Positions 41,001-51,200 are shown, counted from the stretch's first letter. The stretch: DNA of 59,458 nt from Archangium sp. (GCA_031367385.1 JANLPS010000527.1:1-59458), one strand, 5' to 3'. Notes: a model not told the origin generated them from the sequence alone. Numbers and translations are program-made.

Positions 41001-41194
41001 CCGGAGTGGTCTTGCCCCCGAGCGCGGTCACCAAGCTGAAGACCGAAGAGCAGGGCAACACCCTGGTGCTGGTCATGTACGGCAGCCGCTCTCCGAAGTT
41101 CTCGTACAACCAGTGGACGTATGACTCGCTCTCGGGCGTGAGCTGGTCGAGCTTCACGCTCACCGTGACCGACGCGTTCAAGACCGCGCCATGA
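38078..41194 (+). CDS. IPT/TIG repeat lipoprotein
   Basis: ASACSC lipobox; about 6 repeats of P..GP.AGGT.VT.TG.GF; ATGA overlap. Confidence 0.88.
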   Translation: MRHVLLTAMALALATASACSCGPVKTGTDGGSGLDASVRDAGEVDAGLGTRVDAGREPTADAGLPPELKISRVLPPRAPSAGGVNVLVEGSGFLHNFAGSGTQAKPLTALKFGSNTVIDFQIIDDQTLEARVPPGATGNASVSIQNPNGRLVCNNCFTYFDELVVTGFTPKEGVLAGGNEVTITGTGFTSDVEVLFGGRSSPSITLVSATQLKVIAPEGAAADVVDLSVYNKNGTSTQRRAYRYTGDLRVLNIAPLTGPLAGGTSVTLTGSGFTGATEVKFGANAGTALTVVSDSQLTVTTPAGTAGATSVTVTTPQGTLTIRNGFTYFAAAGAFAVFGVYPHVVRPGEVVTVTGQGLDAAVLTASIGGVPATVGIKTFSTVTLTVPARGAAPRKSDLLINSATLPAAITWGLDVLSVTPPTGPSAGGTAIAVTGAALPADAEVFVGSQRATAVTVGSETSLTAVTPPGAGGAASSVRIREAADPENEASLSQAFTFLEALAIGRVQPDRGAIAGNTLVTVLGAGFGDSTVIVFANNRAKDVKIVDSHTLTCRTPTGDVGTVDVRAERLTQSDNLPGGFSYFDPRSISGGASGGPLVGTLNITVLDSTQGNYGAPVSQANVQLGLDSATPFQGITDARGQVTFSDPSLVKAQTVTVYKDLFESVTVTQVGSENLTVFIARTGGGGGGSGTGAGGTPASTIAGRVTGFKAPRVLASNEALEARVFVAQTSLFGGAPFGGFSTRAGEKWQLTSDGASYLVATGAGLHAVYAVLGIVDSSTMKFTPVTMGVKRGVTTSPDVPATGEDIVLNMQLDLTVPIIIDTPLTFPDQFGFEVPASNKVYAWLDLGAEGFIPNPNNWSTGKGFSSSVQSSGTMLSFPNFPQLDGSNFVFLNEATATTVYPVSYYFRRQPGPMTAGVTIGPLLPAPRIAPLADFNGTISWTLAPGAVPDLFNLQIVRQSNAGSITVWEMVLPGTETGVVLPPSAVTKLKTEEQGNTLVLVMYGSRSPKFSYNQWTYDSLSGVSWSSFTLTVTDAFKTAP

Positions 41195-42312
41195 GGGCTT
41201 TGGGGCTGCTGCTGATCGCCGCCGCGCTCTGCGACTGCCGCGCCACCAAGCTCGGCACCAAGGGCTGTCAGCAAGACTCCGACTGCGGCAGCCCAGCGAC
41301 CTCGTACCGGTGTGAGCCCCAGACCGGAGTCTGCTACTGCCGCACCGACGACGCGTGCCCGGGCTCCCAGTTCTGCAACACGGTGGGGTTCTGCCAAGAC
41401 CGCGCGGGCTGCGAGGTGAATGCCGATTGTCTCGACGCCACCCTGACCTGCGATACCTCGAGTGGCTCGTGCGTGGCCAAGGGGCGCTGCAGCTCTGACC
41501 TCCAGTGCGCTCTGGGGCAGGTGTGCGACACCGCGAAGTCGAGCTGCGTGGCGGGGTGCCGAACGAGCGGCGACTGCAGTGGCTCTGCGTGCCGATGCGG
41601 CGAGGTCGCGTGCAGCTGCACCGGTACGACCCCCGAGGAGCGAGCGCGGTGCTCGATTGGGGTCTGCGACGCGTTCTTTTGTGCCGGCGCCGAGTTCTGC
41701 CGCTACGGAGAGCGGTGCGCTGCCCTCGACGGAGGCCGCGCGAGTTGCGTCAATGATTATGACTCCGACCTGCGCCCGTACTGCGACCGGTGCACCTTCG
41801 GCGGGGGCTTGAGCATCTGCGGTACCGGCGCGAATTATTGCCTCATCGATACCCGACACCAGGGCAGCAATTACTGCGGCACCGACTGCAGCGAAGGCCA
41901 GAGCTGCCCGCGCGGGTATGCCTGCCAAGACGTGATCGTCGTGAGCTCGCAGCAGCAATGCAACGCCGCCAGCCCGGCGTGCCCCGCGAACCCCGCGTTG
42001 CCGTGCACGACTGACACCGACTGCAAGCGCGGAGGCTCATGCGTCAAGGCTGTGGGCGCGGCGACCGGCTCGTGCGCGGGCAAGTGCGGCATCGACGAGG
42101 GCGACACCACCGGGTTTTGCACCTGCCAGGTCGACGCAGACTGCGCGCAAGAGACCTGCAGCACCGGTGAATGCAACATTTCGCGAAAGAAGTGCGTCAC
42201 CGACGGTGACTGTCGAACGATTCGCTGCGTTGATTTTCAGGGCGGCGGCGGGTGCTTGATAGGCCAGAACTGCGCGCCTGATCAGGGGCTGTCGTGCGTT
42301 GAAGTGAGGTGA
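41191..42312 (+). CDS. Cys-rich (Dickkopf-like repeat) lipoprotein
   Basis: Signal peptide followed by Cys; dense CxxDxDC repeats; ATGA overlap. Confidence 0.85.
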   Translation: MRALGLLLIAAALCDCRATKLGTKGCQQDSDCGSPATSYRCEPQTGVCYCRTDDACPGSQFCNTVGFCQDRAGCEVNADCLDATLTCDTSSGSCVAKGRCSSDLQCALGQVCDTAKSSCVAGCRTSGDCSGSACRCGEVACSCTGTTPEERARCSIGVCDAFFCAGAEFCRYGERCAALDGGRASCVNDYDSDLRPYCDRCTFGGGLSICGTGANYCLIDTRHQGSNYCGTDCSEGQSCPRGYACQDVIVVSSQQQCNAASPACPANPALPCTTDTDCKRGGSCVKAVGAATGSCAGKCGIDEGDTTGFCTCQVDADCAQETCSTGECNISRKKCVTDGDCRTIRCVDFQGGGGCLIGQNCAPDQGLSCVEVR

Positions 42313-42329
42313 GTCGCTCCAGTGCAAGC

Positions 42330-42358
42330 AGGGTCCTTCGAGTCCCTCAGGACGAACG
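42330..42358. repeat. Solo REP-like element
   Basis: AGGGTCCTTCGAGTCCCTCAGGACGAACG is 27/29 identical to 51100-51128. Confidence 0.8.
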
Positions 42359-42438
42359 GCAAGGCCCTAAGGTACGGTCGGCCCGCCTTGCGCTCGCGAT
42401 TTTTTCACGCTGACTTCGGTGTCGCCCCTCGATGGAGC

Positions 42439-45400
42439 GTGGGACTCGTGTTGCTCGCGACCCTGGCCTCCGCGGCACCGGGTGGTGATCAGAACACCAG
42501 CTCCGCCCCGGTTCGGCTCAGCCAGTACGCCCGCCGCACGTGGACGGGCCTCGACGGCTTGCCTGAAAACTCCGTCGCGGCGATGGCCTCGAGCGCCGAG
42601 GGCGCGGTGATGGTTGCCACCGAGATCGGCCCGTTTCGCTTTGATGGCATGCACTTCGTCCCCCTCTTGTGGGACCGCGAGTCGTGGGGCCGAATCGCCT
42701 CGTCGATGGTGACCCGCGGCGATGAGCTGTTCGTCGGCTCTGAGAGCGCGCTGGTTCGGTTTCGCCCCGCCCAGACCGACGTGATCGCCCTGCCAGACGA
42801 CTGCAGTGGTGCGATCGCCCTGGCCATCGCCAGTGACAGCGCTCCGTGGCTGGTGTGCTTTCGCGGCGGCGTGATGCGGCTGGGGTCGAAGGGGCTCGAG
42901 CCCGTACCGACTCCCGGCGTCGCGCGGGGCCTCTACCAAGACGCCGATGGCACGATGTGGCTGGCCTCTGACGAAGGCGTGGTGGCCTTTCGAGACGGCG
43001 TCGCCACCCGCACGTGGACCGAGGCCGAAGGCCTGCCAGGCCGAGCCGCGCAACGCGTCACCCGTCGCCGGGCCGGAGGCGTGTGGGTCGGCACCAGCCG
43101 GGGCCTGGGCTTCATCGATGAGAAGGGTGTGGCCCACGTGGCTGGCCTCGAAGGGCAAGCCATCGGCGACGTCATCGAGCGCGCTGACGGGTCGGTGTGG
43201 GGCGCCCTGCTGCCAGGTGGCCTGTTTCGCCTCGAGGGCACGCACCTCGAAGAACAGCTCGCAAGCCAGGTGCCCGCCTGGGCCAACATCACCCAGTTTC
43301 TCGAAGACCCCGAGGGCTCGCTCTGGGTGAGCAGCTCGACCAATGGGCTCACCCGGCTTCACGTCGGCGTGGTCACTCCGATGGGGCTCGACGAGGGCTT
43401 GCGCTCGGCGATCTCGTGGTCGGTCGACGTGGGCTCCGACAACAGCACCTGGCTCGCGACCGATTCGAACGGCGTGTGGCACGACCAGAACGGCCTGTTC
43501 ACCCACTACGGCGCCGAGAGCGGGTTGGGCAACCTTCGCCTGTTCGCGGTGCACGTCGATGAACTAGGCACCCTCTGGGTCGGCGCACAGGAGGGCCGGC
43601 TGTACCGCTTCGATGGCACCCGCTTCGAAGAGCGCCGCCGCGACCTGGCTCACCCAGAGAGCGCGGTCAGCGCGATCACCTTCGACCCGAAAGATCACAC
43701 GCTGATCATCGGCACCGACTCCGGCGTGCTGCGCGAAGAGAAGCCCGGCGTGTTCACCGCCCTCGAGGCGCCGCTGCGGGTCGAGGTCACCGATTTCACC
43801 TGGGCGAAAGACGGCACGTTGTGGGTCTCGAGCTCGCGCGGCTTGTGGCACGTCGAGAATCAAAAGCTGGTTCGGGTCGTACCGGCCTTGCGAAGCAGCC
43901 TCTCGGCGCTGATCGAGCGTGATGACGGCTCGTTCTGGGCCGCGACCAACGACCGGGGCATCGCACGCATCGACCCGCGCACCGGGTCGGTGACCACCTG
44001 CGGCGAAGCGCAGGGCCTGCCGCACAACAACACCTGGTCACTGGTGCGCGATCACCTCTCTCAGTTCTGGGTGAGCTCGAACTTTGGCATCTGGTCTGCG
44101 AATGAAGCCGACCTCGACGCGTGCCTGACACAAGGCGCTCGGCTGAAGCCCTCTCGGGTGCTCGGTGCCGGCGATGGCATGCGAGACCGCGAGTGCTGCG
44201 GTGGCTACCAGTCGCCCGCGGTGGTCGCGCCCGATGGCCGAATCGTCTTCGCCTGCGTGCAAGGCGCGATGACCGTGTGGCCCAAGCACACCACCAACCT
44301 GGTGAAACCGTCGTTGCGCATCGACCGGGTCGACGTCGACAGCGTGCCCACCCAGAAGACCTCGTCAGTCGTCACCGGCAGCCGGGGCCGCGTGGTGTTC
44401 GCCTTTTCGGTCTACAGCTACCGTGACCCCTCGGCGGTGCGCGCGAAGTACCGGCTCGAGGGCTTCGAGCAAGAATGGACCCTCGCCAGCGACGACCGCA
44501 CCGCGCAGTACACGAACCTCCCGCCGGGCCGGTACCGCTTTCACGTCATCGGGGCCAACGAAGACGGCGTGTGGAACGACGAGGGCACCTGGGTCGACAT
44601 TTCGATTCCTCCGCGGCTGTGGGAGCAGTGGTGGTTTCGCAGCCTCGCGGTGCTGCTGGTACTGCTGGTCGTCGGCACTTGGGTTCGCGTGCGTGAAGCC
44701 CAGCTCAAGACCCGTGAAGCCGAAGTCGCGCGGCTGGTGGCGCAGAAGACCGAAGAGTTCGAGCGCGCGAAGATCGAGGCAGAGCAGACCACCCGCGCCA
44801 AGACCGATTTCTTGGCCAACATGTCGCACGAAATTCGAACCCCGCTCAACGCGGTGATCGGCGCCTCAGAGCTCTTCGACCTCACCTCGTTGACGCCTGA
44901 TCAACGCGAGTACCTTGACTTGATTCGCACCAGCGGAGACGCACTGCTCTCGCTAATCAACGACGTGCTCGATTTGTCGAAGATCGAGGCGGGCAAGATG
45001 CAGCTCTCGACCTCGCCCTGCGATGTTCGGGTGTTGGGTACGCGGGTCACCGACCTGCTGGGCCTCACCGCGCGAAAACGAAACCTGCTGCTCTCGTACG
45101 ACTGCACGCCCGAGGTGCCCCGCTGGGTGATGATCGACGAGGCCCGGTTGCGGCAGGTGCTGCTCAACCTCATCGGCAACGCGATCAAGTTCACCGCGCA
45201 GGGGGCGGTGGTGGTGGTGGTGAATTCAGAAGGGCCCGCGCGGCTGCGGTTCACCGTCATCGACAGCGGCATTGGCCTCAGTGAAGAGCAGCTCGGGCGC
45301 CTGTTCAAAGCCTTCAGCCAGGCCGACACCTCGACCTCTCGGCGCTATGGCGGCACCGGGCTGGGCCTGGCCATCTCTGAACGGCTGGTCACGCTGATGG

Positions 45401-45891
45401 GGGGCCGCTTCGAGGTCAGCAGCACGCTCGGGCAAGGCAGCCGGTTCTCGTTCGAGATCAACGCGCCCCCGTGCGCGCCTCCAGGGGTGACCGTTGGCCC
45501 TGACGACGCGCTGCCGGCGCTCAAGGTACTGCTGGTCGACGACAACCTGATCAACCTGCGCGTCAGCTCAGACCTGCTGGTGCGCCTGGGCATGGACGTG
45601 GTGCGCGCTCAGTCAGGTGAAGAGGCGATCGCCTGCGCCACCCGCGAATCGTTCGACCTGGTGCTGATGGACCTGCAGATGCCGGGGATGGACGGGCTCA
45701 CCGCGACCAAGCGCTTGTTTGAGCAGGTGCCCAACCCACCAATCGTGGTGGCGCTGACCGCCAACGCGCTCGAAGAAGACCGCCAGGCCTGCCTTCAAGC
45801 GGGCATGCGCGACTACCTCACCAAACCGGTCAGAAAAGACGCCTTTGCGAAGCTGATTCGCAGCCTCTTTGTTCGACCAGAGCGGGTATAG
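42439..45891 (+). CDS. Hybrid sensor kinase: beta-propeller + Y_Y_Y + TM + HisKA + HATPase + receiver
   Basis: GLP.N.V/LWVGT propeller repeats, [30 protein letters not shown] and [11 protein letters not shown] motifs; start uncertain (42439 or 42448). Confidence 0.93.
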   Translation: MGLVLLATLASAAPGGDQNTSSAPVRLSQYARRTWTGLDGLPENSVAAMASSAEGAVMVATEIGPFRFDGMHFVPLLWDRESWGRIASSMVTRGDELFVGSESALVRFRPAQTDVIALPDDCSGAIALAIASDSAPWLVCFRGGVMRLGSKGLEPVPTPGVARGLYQDADGTMWLASDEGVVAFRDGVATRTWTEAEGLPGRAAQRVTRRRAGGVWVGTSRGLGFIDEKGVAHVAGLEGQAIGDVIERADGSVWGALLPGGLFRLEGTHLEEQLASQVPAWANITQFLEDPEGSLWVSSSTNGLTRLHVGVVTPMGLDEGLRSAISWSVDVGSDNSTWLATDSNGVWHDQNGLFTHYGAESGLGNLRLFAVHVDELGTLWVGAQEGRLYRFDGTRFEERRRDLAHPESAVSAITFDPKDHTLIIGTDSGVLREEKPGVFTALEAPLRVEVTDFTWAKDGTLWVSSSRGLWHVENQKLVRVVPALRSSLSALIERDDGSFWAATNDRGIARIDPRTGSVTTCGEAQGLPHNNTWSLVRDHLSQFWVSSNFGIWSANEADLDACLTQGARLKPSRVLGAGDGMRDRECCGGYQSPAVVAPDGRIVFACVQGAMTVWPKHTTNLVKPSLRIDRVDVDSVPTQKTSSVVTGSRGRVVFAFSVYSYRDPSAVRAKYRLEGFEQEWTLASDDRTAQYTNLPPGRYRFHVIGANEDGVWNDEGTWVDISIPPRLWEQWWFRSLAVLLVLLVVGTWVRVREAQLKTREAEVARLVAQKTEEFERAKIEAEQTTRAKTDFLANMSHEIRTPLNAVIGASELFDLTSLTPDQREYLDLIRTSGDALLSLINDVLDLSKIEAGKMQLSTSPCDVRVLGTRVTDLLGLTARKRNLLLSYDCTPEVPRWVMIDEARLRQVLLNLIGNAIKFTAQGAVVVVVNSEGPARLRFTVIDSGIGLSEEQLGRLFKAFSQADTSTSRRYGGTGLGLAISERLVTLMGGRFEVSSTLGQGSRFSFEINAPPCAPPGVTVGPDDALPALKVLLVDDNLINLRVSSDLLVRLGMDVVRAQSGEEAIACATRESFDLVLMDLQMPGMDGLTATKRLFEQVPNPPIVVALTANALEEDRQACLQAGMRDYLTKPVRKDAFAKLIRSLFVRPERV

Positions 45892-45898
45892 CGCTGCC

Positions 45899-48172
45899 AT
45901 GCGCATTGCCTGCATCGGAGCCGGCCCGGCTGGCCTGTACTTCGCGGTGTTGATGAAGAAGGCCTTCCCCGACTCCAGCATCGACGTGTACGAGAAGAAC
46001 CGGGCTGAAGATGCTTTCGGCTGGGGCGTGGTGTTCTCACGCGAGACGCTCGGCAACTTGAAAGACGCCGACCCCGAGAGCTACGCCGCCATCGAGTCGC
46101 GCTTCGCCTATTGGGACGACATCGAGACCTGGGTGGGCCGCGAGAAGACGGTCTCGACCGGTCACGGTTTTTGCGGCCTGGCGCGCCGCGAGCTGCTCGA
46201 AATTTTGCAACAGCGCGCCGAAGCGCTGGGCGTGCGCCTGCACTTTCAAGCCGAGGTGCCGACCGAGCCGCTGCCCCAGGTCGACCTGATCATCGGCTCC
46301 GACGGCGTGCACAGCCCGCTGCGAGAGAAATACGCCTCGGTCTTCAAGCCCAGCATCGAATGGGGGCAGTGCAAGTTCACCTGGCTCGGCACCACCAAGC
46401 CGCTCCAGGCCTTCACCTTCATCTTCAAGCAGACCCAGTGGGGGCTCTTCGCGGTGCACGCGTACCCGTTCACCCGCGAGCCGATGCAGCCCTCGGGCGC
46501 GCGCTCGACCTTCATCGTCGAGTGCCACCACGACACCTGGCAGAAGGCCGGCCTCGAGCACATGACCGAGGCGCAGTCGGTCGACTTTCTGCAGCGGCTC
46601 TTTGCCGACGACCTGGGCGGTCACGCGCTCTGCCCGAACAAGAGCATCTGGCGCACTTTCCCCACGGTGAAGTGCGAGACCTGGCGTCACGGCAACCTCG
46701 TGCTGCTGGGAGACGCCGCGCACACCGCCCACTTCTCCATCGGCTCGGGCACCAAGCTCGCGCTCGAAGATGCACTGTCGCTGGCAGCGCTGTTCGTGAA
46801 GCACGGCGCGGGCGCTGTCGAGCCGGTGCTCGCGGCGTACGAGACCGAGCGGCACGGTGAGGTGGCCCGAATTCAAAAAGCCGCGCAGACCAGCCTCGAG
46901 TGGTTCGAGCACACCGCGCGGTACTCGCAGCAGACCCCGCTGCAGCTGACCTTCAACCTGATGACCCGCAGCAAACGAATCACCTGGAGCAACCTGCGCC
47001 AGCGCGACCCCCGCCTGGTCGAGCGCATCGACAGCTGGTTCGCCGAGCAGCACGGCACGACGCGAAACTCCGATGGGTCGGCGCCGCCACCGCTGTTCGC
47101 GCCGCTCACCTTGCGTTCGCTCACCTTGCCGAACCGGGTGGTGGTCTCGCCGATGTGCCAATACTCCGCCACCGACGGGGTCATCGACGACTGGCACCTG
47201 GTTCACCTCGGCAGCCGTGCGGTCGGCGGGGCGGGCCTGGTCATCACCGAGATGACTGACGTGTGCCCCGAGGGCCGAATCACTCCGGGCTGCGCCGGGG
47301 TGTGGAACGAGGCACAAGCCTCGCAGTGGAAGCGGGTGGTCGAGTTCGTTCACCGGCACTCCAGCGCGAAGATCGGCATTCAGCTGGCGCACGCCGGTCG
47401 CAAGGCCGCTCGCGGTCTGCCGTGGCAAGGCGAACAGGCGCTCGACGCCGCGCACACCTGGCCCATCGTCGGGCCCTCGGCGATTGCGTTCTCGAAGGGG
47501 TATCAAACGCCCCGCGCGTTGACCGTGGCCGAGCTCACCGTGCTCACCCAGCAGTTCGCCGACGCCGCCAAGCGAGCCGACTGGGCCGGGTTCGACCTGG
47601 TCGAGCTGCACGCCGCCCATGGCTACCTGCTCTCATCGTTTCTCTCGCCGCTCTCGAACGTGCGCACCGACGAGTACGGAGGCTCGCTCGAGAACCGCAT
47701 GCGCTTTCCGCTCCAGGTGTTCGACGCGGTGCGAGCGGTGTGGCCTTCGCACAAGCCCGTCTTCGTTCGCATTTCAGCGACCGACTGGCTCGAACCCGAC
47801 GGCATGACCACTGAAGACTCGGTCGTCTTCTCTCGTGCGCTCAAGGCCCACGGCTGCGACGTGGTCGATGTGTCGACCGGAGGCAATGTGCCCGACTCGA
47901 AGCCCGATTACGGCCGCATGTACCAGGTGCCCTTCGCCGAGGCGGTGCGCTTCGGGGCCGGCATCACCACCATGACCGTCGGCGCCATTCTCGGAGCCGA
48001 CCACGCCAACACCGTGCTGGCCGCTGGCCGGGCCGACCTGTGCGCCATGGCCCGACCTCACCTGACAGACCCCTACCTCACCCACCAGCACGCCCAGGCA
48101 GAGGGCGTCGATGGGCTCGAATGGCCCAAGCAGTATGAGAATGTTGCGCCCCGTTTGAAGGCTCAGCGGTGA
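45899..48172 (+). CDS. Bifunctional salicylyl-/anthraniloyl-CoA monooxygenase + Old Yellow Enzyme-type oxidoreductase (AbmA-like)
   Basis: GAGPAG, FGWGVVFS and GDAAHTAHFSIGSGTKLA; second half NRVVVSPMCQYSA and HAAHGYLL. Confidence 0.92.
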   Translation: MRIACIGAGPAGLYFAVLMKKAFPDSSIDVYEKNRAEDAFGWGVVFSRETLGNLKDADPESYAAIESRFAYWDDIETWVGREKTVSTGHGFCGLARRELLEILQQRAEALGVRLHFQAEVPTEPLPQVDLIIGSDGVHSPLREKYASVFKPSIEWGQCKFTWLGTTKPLQAFTFIFKQTQWGLFAVHAYPFTREPMQPSGARSTFIVECHHDTWQKAGLEHMTEAQSVDFLQRLFADDLGGHALCPNKSIWRTFPTVKCETWRHGNLVLLGDAAHTAHFSIGSGTKLALEDALSLAALFVKHGAGAVEPVLAAYETERHGEVARIQKAAQTSLEWFEHTARYSQQTPLQLTFNLMTRSKRITWSNLRQRDPRLVERIDSWFAEQHGTTRNSDGSAPPPLFAPLTLRSLTLPNRVVVSPMCQYSATDGVIDDWHLVHLGSRAVGGAGLVITEMTDVCPEGRITPGCAGVWNEAQASQWKRVVEFVHRHSSAKIGIQLAHAGRKAARGLPWQGEQALDAAHTWPIVGPSAIAFSKGYQTPRALTVAELTVLTQQFADAAKRADWAGFDLVELHAAHGYLLSSFLSPLSNVRTDEYGGSLENRMRFPLQVFDAVRAVWPSHKPVFVRISATDWLEPDGMTTEDSVVFSRALKAHGCDVVDVSTGGNVPDSKPDYGRMYQVPFAEAVRFGAGITTMTVGAILGADHANTVLAAGRADLCAMARPHLTDPYLTHQHAQAEGVDGLEWPKQYENVAPRLKAQR

Positions 48173-48246
48173 GGTGTTGGGCCGTATCCCCCCCGAATTG
48201 ATCAGAAAATTCGTGCTCTGGGCTGACGCCTGTCTAGAGTCAGGGT

Positions 48247-49602
48247 GTGTCTTTCAGTGGTCTCGTGGGTGGTCGCTTCGTGGTCGGCCCCACCATCGCT
48301 TCCGGTGGCATGGGGAAGGTGTATCGAGCGCAAGACCAGGAGACCGGCGGAGAAGTAGCGCTCAAAGAGCTGGCCTTAGACGGTGAAGAGGCCGCTGGGC
48401 GCTTCGAACGCGAGGCTGTGATGCTCAGCGCCCTCGAGCACCCGAACATCGTTCGCTACGTCGCGCACGGGCAACACCAGGGCCAGTGGTACCTGGCGAT
48501 GGAGTTCGTGCCCGGAGAGCCGCTGAGCGCGCGCATTCAACGCGAGGGCCTGACCATCGACGAATCGGTTCTCGTCGCAACGCAATTGGCCCGGGCGCTT
48601 GGCGCACTGCATGCGAAGGGCTTGGTGCACCGCGACATCAAGCCTCCGAACTTGATGGTGCCGACCAACGGCATCGAGCCGCTCAAGCTCGTCGACTTTG
48701 GCCTGGTGCGCAAAGGCGAGGGGCTCTGGTCGCTCACGCGCACCGGCGTGGCGGTGGGCTCTCCCGGGTACATGTCTCCCGAGCAGGCGCGCGGAGACAA
48801 GACGCTGATTGCGTCGTCTGACGTCTACGCGTTGGGCTGCGTGCTGTATCTGTGCCTCACCGGGCACCGACCCTTTCCCGGCGACCATGCGGTGGCGGTG
48901 CAGGCGAAGATTCTGGCCTACGACCCGCCGGGGCCGATGCTGCGAAACTCCGAGGTGCCACCCTCGCTGTCGGCGTTGGTGATGCGCATGCTCTCGCGCG
49001 ATCAGCAGATTCGGCCGCAGACGGGCAACGAGGCGTTGGCGCTGCTCGAGCAGATACCTCCGACCGGTTCGACGACCAAGACGCGGCTTCGGCTGCGCAC
49101 GCCGTCGATTCGGTTCACCACGCCGAGCGATTCGACCGCCGAGGTCATCATTCGGGCGCGCACCTTTGCGATCGCCGCGACGCCGCTGTCTGAGAATGAA
49201 GATGGCGAGCCTTTCGAGCACCCGCCTGAGGTGCTCAAGGCGCTGCAAGACCTGGCCAACCAGCACGCCGCGAACCTGGCGGTCATGCCCGATGGCGCGT
49301 GTGCCTTCGTGGCCCGTTCGGTCGATCGTGGCCTCGATCGGGTGATGCCGGCCTGCCAGCTGGCCCTCGAGACGGCGCGGCGTTTTCCTGACTGGGTGGT
49401 GGCGATGGCGCTCGGTGGCGAGGCCGCCGACGAGGTCGTTGACCGGGTGATGCACTTGTTGGCCGCCGAGCAGATGCAGGCCTATTTGTCTCAAGGCGGC
49501 GGAGGCGTGCGCACCGACGAAGAGAGCGTTCGCCGCGCCGGCCCGCTGATGGAGTGCATCAATCGGCAGGGCAAGCACTACCTCATCGCCTTGCGTGCCT
49601 GA
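48247..49602 (+). CDS. Ser/Thr protein kinase (cytoplasmic)
   Basis: GGMGKV, VALK, HRDIKPPN, DFG and YMSPEQ motifs. Confidence 0.93.
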   Translation: MSFSGLVGGRFVVGPTIASGGMGKVYRAQDQETGGEVALKELALDGEEAAGRFEREAVMLSALEHPNIVRYVAHGQHQGQWYLAMEFVPGEPLSARIQREGLTIDESVLVATQLARALGALHAKGLVHRDIKPPNLMVPTNGIEPLKLVDFGLVRKGEGLWSLTRTGVAVGSPGYMSPEQARGDKTLIASSDVYALGCVLYLCLTGHRPFPGDHAVAVQAKILAYDPPGPMLRNSEVPPSLSALVMRMLSRDQQIRPQTGNEALALLEQIPPTGSTTKTRLRLRTPSIRFTTPSDSTAEVIIRARTFAIAATPLSENEDGEPFEHPPEVLKALQDLANQHAANLAVMPDGACAFVARSVDRGLDRVMPACQLALETARRFPDWVVAMALGGEAADEVVDRVMHLLAAEQMQAYLSQGGGGVRTDEESVRRAGPLMECINRQGKHYLIALRA

Positions 49603-49673
49603 GCGCCGCAGTAAATTCAGACGCTTGGCTGAGGTTGTAAGAAATATTGCGCCGAATTAGGGCCAGAGGCGTC

Positions 49674-51014
49674 ATGCACAGCATGGACTCGAACGACACG
49701 CTTGATCGCTGGCTGCAAACCGTCTCCGACGAGGAGGCGATTCGCGCGCTCACCCACGCCTTGGCGGTGGTGAAGGTGCGCGCCGAGCTTCGTCAGCAAC
49801 AACACGTATCGACGCCGTCGCCGGTGCCTGCAGCGCCTCCGCCCGCGACCATCGAGTCACCGGTCGACGCCGCGTCGATGCGCAAGCCCTCACTCGAGCA
49901 GGCGCTCTCGGTGCAATTGCAGCCCGAGCCCGCGGCTGATCAATCGCGCATCGCGGTGCCGGTGGCCGAGGCGGCGGTCGAGGTCGTCACTGCGCAGGTG
50001 CCGGTGCCGACGGTGGTGGTCGATGATCTGCAGAACACGAAGACGTTGGTCTCAGCGCTGACCGAGGCCACGCAGCCTCCGGTGGTGGCGGTCGAGACCG
50101 ATTCGTCGGTGGCGTCGACGTTCAACCGGGCGACCGCGAAGACGTTGGTGTTCGACCGTTCGACGATGAGCAGCGACGAGATCAAGCCCGAGGCGGCGGC
50201 TCAGCCCGAGGCGAGCGAGCCGGTGGCGATTGATCAGGCGTCGATGGGCAAGACGATGCAGTTTGGGGTGATCACGCCGGTGCCGGCGGCGGTCGAGACC
50301 TCGGCGTCTGTTGCGAAGACGCTGTTGTTCACGGCCCCGGCTGCGCAGACCACCGCGATGATGCCGCGCCGCGACTCGATTGAGGAGTCGCTGCTGGTGC
50401 CGCAGCGAAACAAGCTGGCGGTCATCGCGATGCTGGCCGCAGGCGCGCTGCTGCTGGTCGGCCTGGGTGCGTTGGTCGCGGCGGTGTTGAGCCCGAGTGA
50501 GCCGGTGGTGGTGGTGGCTCCGAAAGAAGATGAGCCGGTGAAGGCGGCTGCGGCCGAGGGGGTGACTCCAGTACCGGTAGCCGCGCAGATGACCGCGCAG
50601 CAGACGCAGGAAGCAGTGCAGCGGGCCAGGGCGGCGGCTGAGAGCGCGGCCGAGGCGAAGCGCGTCGCGGCTGAAGAAGATGCCGAGCGCATGGCGGCTG
50701 CGAAGGCGCCGACGTTGGCTCCCGCGCCGGTGGTTGAGGCGAAGAAGGTGGCGCGCACGGTGGCAGAGCCGATCTCGGCTGAGAAGCCGGCGATGGTGGC
50801 GGTGTCTCCCAAGGCGGTCGTGCCTGCGCCGGCTCCGGCTCCGGTGGTTGCTCCGAAGAGTGTTGCCGCGCCCGCGCCCGTGATGGCCGCGTCGGCGAAG
50901 ACGGTGGTGGCGCCCGCGCCGGTGGCTGCGAAGCATGCGGCGCCTGCGCCGGTGGTTGCTCCCGCTCCGAGGCGCGGCTCGCAGTCGGCTGACCCGCTCG
51001 ATTCGCGACGCTGA
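49674..51014 (+). CDS. Ala/Pro-rich single-pass membrane protein
   Basis: Central TM helix; repeated KT(L/M) motifs before it and PAPVVA repeats after it. Confidence 0.72.
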   Translation: MHSMDSNDTLDRWLQTVSDEEAIRALTHALAVVKVRAELRQQQHVSTPSPVPAAPPPATIESPVDAASMRKPSLEQALSVQLQPEPAADQSRIAVPVAEAAVEVVTAQVPVPTVVVDDLQNTKTLVSALTEATQPPVVAVETDSSVASTFNRATAKTLVFDRSTMSSDEIKPEAAAQPEASEPVAIDQASMGKTMQFGVITPVPAAVETSASVAKTLLFTAPAAQTTAMMPRRDSIEESLLVPQRNKLAVIAMLAAGALLLVGLGALVAAVLSPSEPVVVVAPKEDEPVKAAAAEGVTPVPVAAQMTAQQTQEAVQRARAAAESAAEAKRVAAEEDAERMAAAKAPTLAPAPVVEAKKVARTVAEPISAEKPAMVAVSPKAVVPAPAPAPVVAPKSVAAPAPVMAASAKTVVAPAPVAAKHAAPAPVVAPAPRRGSQSADPLDSRR

Positions 51015-51200
51015 GCGCGCAGTCGAAGGACGAGCGAGGCGCCCCCGTTCATCCTGAGCGAAGCCCGGAGGGCGCAGTCGAAGGACCCACGTCGAGTCGA
51101 GGGTCCTTCGAGTGCCTCAGGACGAGCGAGGCCACCCGTTGATCCTGAGCGAAGCCCGGAGGGCGCAGTCGAAGGACGAGTCTCTCAGGACGAGCGGGGT
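51011..51200. repeat. REP/REPIN-like palindromic repeat cluster between convergent genes
   Basis: 43-bp direct repeat at 51044-51086 and 51135-51177 (1 mismatch) with inverted CCTTCGA..CTCAGGACGA units. Confidence 0.85.

Noticed and set aside
50720..50970. GCGCCGGTGGT-type tandem repeats
   Set aside because: They encode the PAPVVA stalk of the membrane protein; not an independent DNA element.
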